A DNA stretch of 64,000 nucleotides from Takakia lepidozioides. Taxonomy: Eukaryota > Plantae > Bryophyta. The notes under the pieces are model-generated. The model was not told where the DNA came from. It saw only the letters and a program-made list of their open reading frames with translations, and ran no database searches. Position 1 is the stretch's first letter; the number at the start of each line of letters is the position of its first letter. Shown here one piece after another: positions 36,461 to 53,836 of the stretch. Both the position numbers and the translations under genes were made by a program. The stretch lies in assembly GCA_030704615.1 (NCBI GenBank), contig CM060731.1:38130001-38194000 (forward strand), written 5' to 3'.

Positions 36461-39400
36461 TGCCATAAAATGAAGTCAGTGCATCATAAACAGATCTGGA
36501 AAGTGAAGGGAGTAAGACTGATAACGTGTACAGACACCACTAAGTACATTGGTCAAGGGAAAGAGAGGGAAGATACTATGTCTTGTCGGGACATGGACAG
36601 GACCAAACATGGTCATTGTCAATTTTTACGACAAATCAACCTCATGAAGAGGCATTATCAGTCAAACTCCACTTCAAATCAGATCTTATGATGACCTCCA
36701 TTACATTTCAAAGACAAAGAATCTACCTGGTAGATTTCAATGACAAGAAAATACGGGTGGGAGGGTGGGATTACTTAGAAGATCCCCTCCTTATAATAAT
36801 CCAGCTTTATATTCTAAGGAACAGTATGCTAAACAAGTGTTCAGCCTGTTTTTATGCCTGTTTTAGAATTATAAGCTATGGGTGGCATCTAAGCAAACAA
36901 TTAAATGTTTGCCTATATCATGCAATAGTATTGCTCATCTGGAACCCAAAAGTTCCAGCTATTTTCCATTAATCACACAACCGGGATATTAAATCATCTG
37001 GTTACTTGATAAGATAACCAATTTTTTAATAACAAAAACCCAGAGCTTATCTGCTACATTTTTAGAACTTCTTGTATCATGACACAGAGTCAAAACTCAT
37101 TGCATTGTTTAGTAAGCTTGATTTCCCAGAACTGCTTTCTACTGCAGTGCTCTGTATCAGAATATGCCATAGCTAGCAAAAAACACACAGCTATCTTTTT
37201 TGTAACATAAAATCCAAAGCCATGTTGTAGGTTAATCAGTCTTTGATTACCAAGCAACAACAGGGGCTTCTCTTTAAAACAACCAGACCTGGTTTAGGTT
37301 TGGGGTCATTATGTTACAACCTTGACAAGGTGTTTGCACAAACAAAACTGTATACAATCTGTAATTACAGAGTGACATGAAGAGGTAGCAGGTTACTTAC
37401 CTTAGCAGATTGTATGCAAGGTAAAAAAGAAAGGGGGTTCAGACATCCACAGAGGTTCCATATATTGAGCACATAAAGGCATACAGGGCTCAGTATAAAC
37501 CATATGCAAGCTCTGGCCTCTCCCCTACCGTGTTGCTTGAAAGTGTACATATCAGAGTAGCAAATCGTGCTCTAAGCATGAAAAAAGAGCATATATTTGG
37601 TCTGGAAACCCTACTTCCAGTACCATATTTCAATGCAGCGGAAATCATAACCCAGAGTCCTTAATAGAATTCCTGTGTTCTAAAAAGGCTCGCTAATGCA
37701 CTTGCTGCTTCAACACATAGATAAAGGTTGTAAGCATATCCAGATTGATCATGTAGTGAGGCAAAAATGAGACATCTCCCTGGATAATCAGCTGATGTCG
37801 ATGTCACTTCACTTGCAGGTTTGTCATCAGATTCAAGCTTCAAAAATCACATTAAGTGAGGACCCTCACCTGGTCCCATCACAAGCCCCCACAAGAACCA
37901 AGAGGTTATTGAGAATTGTGGAACCCCAGGTGAATCGGGTCTCACGCTTGTTATCGCTGTACAACAAGAGTTCTAAAGCAAGAATCAGTTCTAAACACAA
38001 GCAAGGTTATCCACAACCTTAATCGATTGCGGAAGAGGACTCGACATCGCTCCAAGCACTTGACAATCAACAGCACAAACAAGCAATGGTTTGCTTGAAA
38101 TCTATGCGCATTTTAACAGGTGAAGAAACCCCCTGAGTTTTTATGAGCAGTGCTGAAACTTAATGATCCAGAGAGGATCTACAAGCAGTCGGGCAGCCTA
38201 AGGTAGATTGCCCGCCAAGGGAATAGGTCACCATACTGAGGGAATTGAAGCACCGCCGCCGTTACGCCTCCCAAGGGAGATGAGAAAGGACTGGAATCTT
38301 GTCAGAGTACTTGTAAACAGCATTGAAGCGTCTCCATAGCCATCAAAATCATAAAATTCGTGCTAAGAGATCCCTCTGACACCATCACTTTATCTCCCGT
38401 AGAAAAAACGCACAGTATCGTGCAAGTTTTATGGCAGGAGAGGAAATATGGCAAACCATTGCGATTTCATCCATGTGGGATGAAAAATAAGGAATGAAAG
38501 GTGAATATTTCCCTGTTGTCATCGCCATGTCATCCAAGCAGGGATGACATCCAAGCAGGGATGACATCCTAAAATCGATGACCAGAACCTGGCATTCATT
38601 AGGGTTAGATATAAATGACCTTAATAATCCAAAGGAACCAGGTAAAAAATGATAATCATAATTAACATTTAATGGAATTCATCCATTATTAACTATATCC
38701 GGTATTGATGAAGATAGCAGAAAGTTAATTATAGTTTAGTCAAAAATTACCTTAGTACCAAACCCTCTGGGTTATGGAATAGGTTACCAACATGATCCAT
38801 GTACAGAGGGAGAGAAAGAGGGAGAGAGAGGGAGAGAGAGAGAACTCCGACCCAAGCCGGCATAACTAAGAGCCACTTCGCCTCACGGCTACTGCCCCCT
38901 CTCGGGGGTGGGCCCTATTTTCACAAGAAACTTTTAAGGGGGAGGGGGAGGCGCACCACATCCCTTAGAATTTTCTTCCATGTGGTCAAATCGGACCAAA
39001 ACATGGCTTTTAAGCGGGGAGCTTTATTGAAGAAAACAGAGTATGAGGTTGGACCATAGATAGGGTTTTGGGTGGGGGTTGCTCATGGCCCTAGGAGATG
39101 AGGTGGTTACATGGGTGGGCTGATGCCAAGTCCGTTCCTCAAGCTTTGGTCAAACCCATTCTAACAATGACTTCATTGGAGGGTCTGAGGTACATGGAAA
39201 TAGACCCTAGGCCGGTAAGGCAAACCAACTTCTATAAGATGACACAACAAGAAGCGTATCAGGGTAGAGGTCACTATATTCCGACTTTAATTAATTCATT
39301 TTAAGAGATGATGAATATTTTAAATTTTTTCCCTGGGAGTAGATGAAAGAGGGGAATAATTTTCATTTAAAAAAATGAACTTTGGAAAAAAAAATGTGGT

Positions 39401-39849
39401 AATTGTCGAATGCAAAAACATTAGAGTGGTGAATTCTAGTACTAACTACTTACTAACTACTTACTAGTTAAATTTAATGAGAAGTACCCAGGTGCCGAAT
39501 TCCAGAAAAATTGGATGAAGCTTAGATGAAATAATTAATATTGTCATTAAGCCTGCCGAACCTGGCGATCTGCATGTATTTAACGATTCCAACAGGGTCC
39601 GTCGAAGTAGAGCGGCTCTACGGTATTATTATATTATTTTGGAGAATGGTCTCATACCTGGAAATTGTCACATGTGACTTTTCCATGTGATTCATTTTCC
39701 CACTATGGGTCAACATGACTTTTCCCTGTAGTTGGTTCCCATTTTTTCTGGCCTATGATAGCAAGTCACTACAATATGACTGAGGACGAACGTACTAGAC
39801 TCTTAATGACATCAGCGGATTACGGCCGACAAGTTTATCCGATGGAAAC

Positions 39850-40177
39850 TAGTGTTGGGAGGTTATTTGGTTATTTGATTCAGTGGATATATAACTGCAG
39901 TTCTAAAAAGAACAAAGAACCGGCCATGAAGGCTCGTAGCCGCCGGTTACGTAGTTTTGACATAATCGGTCTGAAAACCGTCAAAGATTTGTCAAAGACA
40001 TGTCAGTTATTTGATGAAAACCGCCCGTTCTTTTAGGTTCTTACAATTATCCGGAAACGGTGGTTCTTTCCACCAAAAAAATGACAAAACCCAGAATATA
40101 AGGTTCTTTGATTCTAAGATTTTTGTAAAAAACGGAACCGGAGGTCATGAAAGAAATCAAATAATCGCCCAACACTG
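39850..40177. mobile_element. MITE with hAT-like terminal inverted repeats
   Basis: Left end TAGTGTTGGGAGGTTATTTG; right end reverse-complements to CAGTGTTGGGCGATTATTTG; candidate 8-bp TSD only partly conserved (atggaaac / atatcaac). Confidence 0.7.
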
Positions 40178-40332
40178 ATATCAACCCAAAATGACAAAAA
40201 TCCGAGACTCTTAGGGTACAACCAGATCATGGAATCCTTTATTAGGGCTGTGACACTCCAAATTGGGGTCGTCCTCGTGTGAGTGAACACGAACTAGCAC
40301 AATAGTGACTATCTATAGGCCTCGTTATTTAT

Positions 40333-40445
40333 AGGGCAATGCCCCTGAGTGGAGGGCATTCCCGGATTTGAGGGCCTGACGCCGAGGCGGTAGCCGGAGA
40401 GGAAGGGCCCAAAAATCTGGAATGCCCTCCACTCAGGGCATTACC
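40333..40445. repeat. GC-rich inverted repeat (~35-bp arms)
   Basis: gggcaatgcccctgagtggagggcattcccggattt versus aaatctggaatgccctccactcagggcattaccc. Confidence 0.8.
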
Positions 40446-42510
40446 CTGCGTAAAGAAATGCCAAAACATTTAAAAAAAATCTAATGGCCGGTGCATTCTG
40501 CATTTCGGAATGTACAGCTGATGGGGTGCATTCCGCCAGGTGGAATGCACCCCGATGAATTCTGCTTTTTAACGGCACGATAAATACAAATAATATTTTT
40601 TGGCAGTGCTGTACGGATGGGAAAGTCCCCCCTCCGAGTGAGGGGAATAGTTCAAGGGCGTAGTCCGAACAAGAAGGGGACTTCCCTTGCATAAAGACAT
40701 AGGGTTGTTTCCAGTGTTGGACTGGTATCACAAAAATATGATACCAGACTGGTCCTGGTATCACAAAGGCCCATGCCTCCCAAGACTGATATAGTCCTGG
40801 TATTGGGGTAAAGGGGTCGGGTAGGGTATAGGAGGGTCAATAATGAAATTTTGTGGGGTATCAATATTGGTTTTCTTTCATCTGATATGGGGGAATATGA
40901 ATACTGCCCAGGTAGGTATATAGAATATTCAATAACCTGAAAAAAAAAAGACCTTCATACTGAAAATAATTCGTATTAAAAGATGTCCTGGAAAAAATAA
41001 CCAGGACAGGAGGCCATAAGGCTTACATCTATGGATAGATTAGACCGTATTTATGCTCAATTACCCTATGACTGCCATATGTGGCTCCTATGTCCGTTCT
41101 AGGGTTCATGATTCAACCATATCCATGAAAACCTGACCTAATTTTTCCTTTGTATAAATTGGGAATTTATAAATGTACACATTTATAATTTGTATAATAA
41201 TAAGTAAATAAATTGGAACTCTCTTAGCGTAAAATGGTATGGAATTTTTTCCTTTGTATTTTGGGGGACCTTATCTGGCGCAATTTCAGGCCAACAGTGG
41301 GCACCGACCGGACGGCGGCAAGCGTAAGGCTCCCTTCATCTTTTCTTTTCTAATTTATTTTATTTTATTTTAGTTCTAAGAATCTCAGCCACCACGATCT
41401 TCAAGAGATCTCAGTCATCCACCTCTCAGAAACAACCAGTGTTGAACCAGTATATAGGTCCAACCCGGGCATCAATATTGGTAGGTACTACCATACCCGA
41501 CTGGTGGCCAACACCCCGGGCAATACCATATTAGGGGCAATACATACCTCGTTCCATACTACAGTCTATACCATACTTGTTTGTTGGTATTGCGATGAAG
41601 GACATTGCTATTGATACCAGTATTGTTGCGATTCGAGCTTCCAAATAGCAGAGGTGTATGTGTGGAGTTAGGGCAAGGTAATTACTCTGTTCAATTAAAA
41701 AGGCATGTAAACTTTGGGGTGGGTGTCGATCAGTACTGAAATAGCTAAGGGAAGTTCTTTGCTTCAAATGTAAATTGGAGGTAAATGAACTATGCATGTC
41801 ATTGAATGTTACAGTTACTGGTGAACAGTCTGAGCAGTGCCTCGGGCAATAATCACAATTGTTTGGGGGCTCAATTCTGGGGTTTCTCCTTTTTTAAGTA
41901 GTCTATCTCTGGTCTTGAGTAGGATCGGTGAAGGTCAAAAAAAAAAAAAAAACCAGCGTAATTTCCTCTATTTGCTAATATAAAATTATTTAAAATAAAA
42001 GTAATAATTAATATTAAAACTAACATTACTATTATCTGATTTTGTTTTTCTATTTATAAATTATGGAAAGGCCCTATAAAATCAATTTTCTCCAAAAATA
42101 ACTTACTAGCCCAACAAAAGAAAATTGCATAAAACTACTCACCTTTTTGGGAAATTTAATCTCATAAAAAGAACCTTCTGTATTAGAAGGTGGCATGCTG
42201 TTAATAGTAACTAGATAATCTAGGGTTTATAAAATTATCTCGCTTTCACTGGACGTTAAAGAAAGAAAAGGTTAAAGAGTATAGTTTCAGTGAAAGAAAC
42301 TTTATGCCTGGACTTTCTGCCCAGAATATCATTTTCAACTCGTTGTTGAGCTAATTATTCACCTCCACAACTGGGAGATGTGAGTTCAACTTCCAGTAAG
42401 GCCACATGTGCGTTGTTGTTTGTGCGTTGCTGAACAGTAAAGTTGATGATATAAACTGTCACACTTCACGGGATGCGGCCCCACGGAAAGCTGCACATGG
42501 GTCCTTCGCC

Positions 42511-48054
<5,544 letters not shown>

Positions 48055-49356
48055 TTTGCATAAAGAGTGGCACATAGCAATCGGCAGTTTATGCTGTTGA
48101 TGTCTTACAGACTCAGCATCAGATGTCATTGTGGACGATGCACCCTCTTAGGTAATGATTGGCTGTATATATGTACCCTCATGTACTTCCATTGCCATCT
48201 AAGTGGGAGTTGTGATGACAAGGCGTGGTGCATAATCGGCTCTCTTGAGATCAAAATGACGACGTGCTTGAATTGTCACTCAATGGTGTAGTGTGACATC
48301 ATGCTCCGGTGCTCTTGTCAAGTGCTTGATTGTAGTAGGTATATTGTGTTAATGAGAACTAATTTAGCCACTAGCACATTGATATGTGTCATCATGCTGC
48401 TGTGCTGTAGGCTGTTTTGATATGTACTCATAAGACGTTGTTTGCCTGGGCCCAGTTTGGGCAGAATCATAGAACCAGTGCTTATCATAGACAGAGGATA
48501 TCAAGAATCTCTTGCAGGCAATATGGAAAAGCAATTTGATCAACATCTGGATCCATTCACAGGATCGCAGGTCCAGTGTGCACCTTTCAGAGTCTGTAGA
48601 ATAACTAGATAAGTTGCATGACAAGCCTTGATAGAGAGAAGCTGAAGAAACCTCACATAAATGACAATCTCAGAACACCACAAATGTTCCTTACATGGTT
48701 GTAGAAGCTCGTGCACCAACATCATTGAGCGAGCTTCATCACTGATCACTCATCAGAACAAAGAAACCAAAGATTCCCAAAATCTGGGGCAACCCCACAA
48801 TCATCTAAAGAATCTGCAGTCCTAGTGAGTCTGCAAGACAATGATAATGTGTATCAGAGCAAAACGTTTTCTTTCAATCAAAGTGATGTGAATGAGATGT
48901 ACAAAAATTCTGTTCTGTCACTGAGATTCTCTGCCTCTAGACTGTCTGTTCCAAAGTTCTGTTAAGTGCGGCCTGTAAACCGTCTGAGGGTCGTTAGTAG
49001 TTACTCCTCTCCTCTTGCGCATCACTCAATCGCTCAGGTTTCGACATTTCATCTGCTGTATCGACAGAGGCTTCCAGCTCAAAATGATCGAATGCTAGCC
49101 TTCTGAAGGCTCCACCGTTTCCAAACCAATATGTTGTCCAGTTAATTGTTGCGAGGTATGCAGTTGCCGGATGGTTGTTGTCGTTGTCTTCCCCCTGCAT
49201 CATCATGTACTCCCCTGGCACAAGTATCTGGCCCAGAGGATGATTGAAATAGATAATGCAGAGCGCAATAGATGACTGCTCCAAAACACTAGCAGCTCAA
49301 TGGGAGGTGTAGCCATTAGGCACGAATCCCCAGAGAGTGAGACGGTAGATCGATAG

Positions 49357-52300
49357 AATCAAACTTTGGAAATGGACGGAGACAATTTTGAAGGCACTCT
49401 GACTGTCTTGGACGAGGTTGATCGGTGGGAAAAATTCCTCTGCAGCGCGACAGCCTCTGCCACTTGTAAAAAGCAAGCAGCAAAGGTCATGCACGAATTG
49501 AAGCCCATCAGGGATTCCTTTCAGGTGCGTTCAATCAATCCCACTGTTTTTTCGGTTCTATGATTCACTGTAAAAAAGTTGCACTTGCCACTCGTTGCCG
49601 AGGCTAGCTAGGGGATAGGGGCAGTTTGTCTTACAAAGAATGTAGACACAGACTCTGCCTCAGAGCCACATGGGCTAGCCTGAAGAACAAAAACAGCTGA
49701 ATGAGGAAAGAAAGAAAGAAAAGAAAAGAAAAGAAACTTTACAACATCCACGGAAAGCTCAAGGACAAAAGAAAGCAGAATACAAGAAAGAAAGAATCTG
49801 GGTCGCCCAGCAGTCTCTATCCCCACCCTAAGCCTTCCAAATGTCCGTAGAAGAGAGAGTTGCAAACAATTAAATGGGCTGCAAGATTCCATCGTCGCGG
49901 AGAGGGAGGTGTCTCGACAGAATTGCAGCTTTGTAGTAAGTGGCGTCGCTGATTGCCACGTCCGCTTAACTTTGAGTGCCTACAGCTCTTGCCTCATGAG
50001 CCTGTCCCTGTCTCACTTGCAAACGATTGTCAAGTATCCCAGGTTTTAGGCAGCAGAAATGCAATGGAGAGGTCTGATAGAGGTAGCGAAGGCACCGACT
50101 GTTAAGCACTTGAAAGGAGTGATCTCAACCTTTCATAATATTTTGGCCCAAATGTGGCCTGTAGCTGGGGTTTATACAAGCAGATTCGATGTACATGGTG
50201 TTGTGCACCCAGCCCCAAGAACTATTTGAAGAATAGATGATTATATAGATTCAAGAAACAGAACCACAGGGGCCCAGAATTCCCAGCCATAGAGAGTCGT
50301 GGGAGTAACAACTGAGTTGAAAAGCCACTTCATAGTTGGAGGGAAGATGGATTTGCTTGCATTTCCCTGCTCATCAAAGCTGATTCTGGCAGTATAGCCA
50401 GGCTTCCCAAGAGATATCTCTGGCTTTTGTTAATGAAGGGAGAGATCAAGTAAGGGTGAAGTTGTATTTAGTGTGTAGGGTGGAGGATCAATGTGATTGT
50501 AGGACAAAGCCACATACTGAAAAGAGCTCATAATCCTGGTGGAAAGTTTGTAATAGATGATAGCAGATTGTGTTATGATTTGTTTCTAAATCTCATAGCA
50601 AGTGTGTGCAGGACATAGATTCACTCAGCATAGAGGCCTTGGCGGAGCTGGTGGAATTGACCCGTGATGCTGCAGAAGGACTCTGGCAAGTCACTCTTTC
50701 TGACAAGGAGGAGCGAAGTGTCTTATGTCATGATCAGCCCTGCATGTCTCACTTCTTCACTCTTGTTGGCGAGTCCTTCCATGCTACTCTGTGCACAAGG
50801 TTTGAAGGATTGGACTTGTGGACTGATCCGTTTCAGAAGGTCTATCTTTCCCCCTGCTAAAGCTCTCTTTCAGCCTTCCTTGTATTGATGCTGCAGCAGT
50901 CATACATTGGTATTATTCATAATTAGACCTTGCTGCCCAACCCTGTGCCTATTTGGGCTGAGCAAAAATGGGTCGCAGGTTGGGAAAGGGGAAGACAGAG
51001 AAAGAAAGAAACGTTTATAACGTCTGTGGGAATCTCACAGAGCTTATGTGGCAAAAGAAAGCGGGATAAGACATGAAATGAAATGAAATTGTACTTTTAT
51101 AACGTCCCTGGAAAGGTCGAAGAGCTTACGAGACAACAGAAAGAAAGAAACCAGAAATAGAGAGGGCCCCTCCACAAGCAGCCCAGAAGATGTACTCCTA
51201 CGACGTTGTTTGCCATAGCCTTGTGACCATAGACCCCGCCCCCAGTTTGGGAAGCAGCCCAAATGAATGAAAGAGAAAGAAGAGAGGATGTACTCATAAC
51301 ATGTTGTTTGCCGTAGCCTCGTGGCCATAGTCCCGCTCCCAGTTTGGGTGGACAAGAGGGAACACATACTACCTTTGTGAGGGGCTCACTCCGGTACTGG
51401 GACTTACCTTGATATAAACAATTAGTTCGGGCTTTGCAGACATCCTGCCCAGCAAGGAGAAATGAAATGAAAGAGAGAGAGAGATTGTACTCATAAGACG
51501 TTGTTTGCCGTAGCCTTGTGGCCATTGACCCCGCGCCCAGTTTGAGCGGGAACAAAAGGGACAGAACCTACCTCTGTCAGGTGCTGACGTTGGTAGTAAG
51601 ACTTACCTCCATATAAAGAATTAATCCGGGTTTTCCACGGATCCCTTCACACAAGCATCAATCTGCTGTGTGTGATTTGCCCAAAAACTAGGCCTCAGGA
51701 GGGCCTGGGCTTTGGCTCAGCCTCGAGACTTTCAAAGTTGGTAAACAGGGGTACAGGCACAATTCCGTTAATAGATTTGAAGAGAGCGTCTCTTTGGTGA
51801 GAGAACCCTGGACAGTGTATCAGAAAATGAATACTGTCTTCAGATTGCCCACACAACGGGCAATTGCACTCTCCCTTTCCTCTCTGCTTCTGTTTGCTGT
51901 TCAAAGGTAGGCTTCCTGCCCTGAGTTTAAATTTCAGTCTAGTGCCGAGAGTGGGTAGACCTTGAGGTCATCCAAGATGTCCTCCCCCATGTCACAGACT
52001 GGAAACAAGTTCAGGGAAGTTTTCTGCCTAACTTCATTTTCATCAGACAATCTCATGGCAACAGACATGGCTTCGGACACTACAGCCTCTAAGTCAGATT
52101 TATCCAGCAGGGTCAAGACTTGCGGATCCAGGTCCAGGTCCTTGAGGATCTCTTCTACTCTCTTCTGCCAGGACTTAGCCTGTTTGACAGGGCGGTCCTG
52201 TTTCCAAGATATAGAGTCGATTAATTTAGGATATCTGGTGTTGGGCATATGTTGCAGCTGACCCCACCATCTGACCTTGAATTCATCTCGTCGGGAGCTT

Positions 52301-53795
52301 AAGGACGGAATGCCAAACTCACCCCGAACAGCCACATTGGCTGTTTTGGAGCATGCTGACATACACTCCTTAAGCACCCCCACTTGAATGGATTCTAGAG
52401 ACTTAGCCTGGTTGGAGTTATCAACCCATATAGCAGATCCGTACTCCAAGGCAGGTCTAATAACGCGACAAAGCATGGTTTTCTTAACCTCAGAGTTGAC
52501 CCCTCTGCAGTGGAAAAATTTAGTGAGCCCAGAGCTTTGCCCTTGCCAGTTTGAACAACTTTCCGGATATGTGCATCCCAATTACAATTGGAGGAGAACT
52601 CAACGCCCAGGTAAGTGTAGGAAGGGAGGACGGGGATCTCTTGGCTACCCCACTGCCACTTAAGATCACTTCCTCCCTCTCCTCTGTCGTTGAATGCTAC
52701 CACTGCACATTTGCTGACATTAGCCTCTAGCCCCCAAAGATCAAAGTATCTCTTCGCGCAATCAATCAACTCCTGGAGATTGGTTGGAGTCTCCCCTATG
52801 CCTGCGAAGTCATCCGCAAACATAAGGGCTGGTATGGTGGTATCACCCACCCTTAACCCAAATCCCTCACTTTCCACATCCTCGAGGAGTTGATTGATGA
52901 AAACATTGAAGAGCAGAGGGGAGAGAGTACATCCTTGAGCTACACCTTGGTCTATGTCAAAGAAGTTGGACTTCTGTCCGTTAACAGTGACACAGCTTTT
53001 GGTGTGAGCATACAAGTTGTGGACAACTCTCCACATCTTTCCCTTGATCCCACAAGACCAGAGGCGGAACCATAGGCCATCTCTCCACACTGTGTCATAA
53101 GCCTTTTTGACATCCAGGAAAAAGACATAAGTGGGTTTTCCCTTCTTTTTTCCTTCCCTGGATAATCTGGCTTAGAGTGAAGATATGATCCACACAGCCC
53201 CTATTTCGCCGAAAGCCAGCTTGGCCTTCGTGGAAACAACCTCTAGACTCCAGATCAACCTCGAGACGAGTACTTATAACTCTGCAGAATGTCTTGCCAA
53301 CAGCATTGAGGAGCGTGATGCCACGGTAGTTCCCCGGTTCTTCTCTGTCACCCTTCTTGTATAGATTGACAATGACCCCCTGTCACCAGCGAAAGGGGAT
53401 CATTTCAGTCTTCCAGATAAGGTTAAAGCGGAGAACTAGGGCCTCTATCATGGGATCGCCACCGTGCTTGATAAGCTCGTTGACAATACCATCAGGTCCA
53501 CCAGCTTTATATCCATTTAAATGTTCAATTGCTTCCACAATCTCAGAAGAACTAATGGGAACATTATAAGCCATTGAAATATACTCCAGTTCATCAGGGC
53601 TGTTTTGAATCATAGGAACAGTTTTTCCAACTGTGTCCCTCCATTCAGCAGAAGACCCCTCACTGTTAGACCTAGAAGTTCTGCCAAGGATACTGTAGTG
53701 AGTTTCAAAGGTTTTGACAATGTCATCCGATGAAGTCACCACTGCACCTTTAGTAGTCTTCAGCGCTTGTACTTGCTGACCGTTTTTCGGTTAGT

Positions 53796-53836
<41 letters not shown>

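Larger units (their letters stand above)
31777..38830 (-). mobile_element. Penelope-like retroelement (Naiad/Chlamys-type RT) with ~620-bp direct pseudo-LTRs, upstream ORF1 and no recognisable endonuclease
   Basis: Near-identical direct repeats 31777-32400 and 38192-38830, both starting ggcagcctaaggtagattgcc; PLE-type RT; no TG..CA LTR ends, integrase, RNase H or protease. Confidence 0.85.

Noticed and set aside
37805-37835. CTGATGA on the minus strand as a hammerhead core
   Set aside because: Followed by GAAG rather than GAAA, no convincing stems, and outside the pseudo-LTR.
31777-38830. LTR retrotransposon or DIRS interpretation of the direct repeats
   Set aside because: No TG..CA ends, PBS, protease, RNase H, integrase or tyrosine recombinase; RT motifs are Penelope-type.
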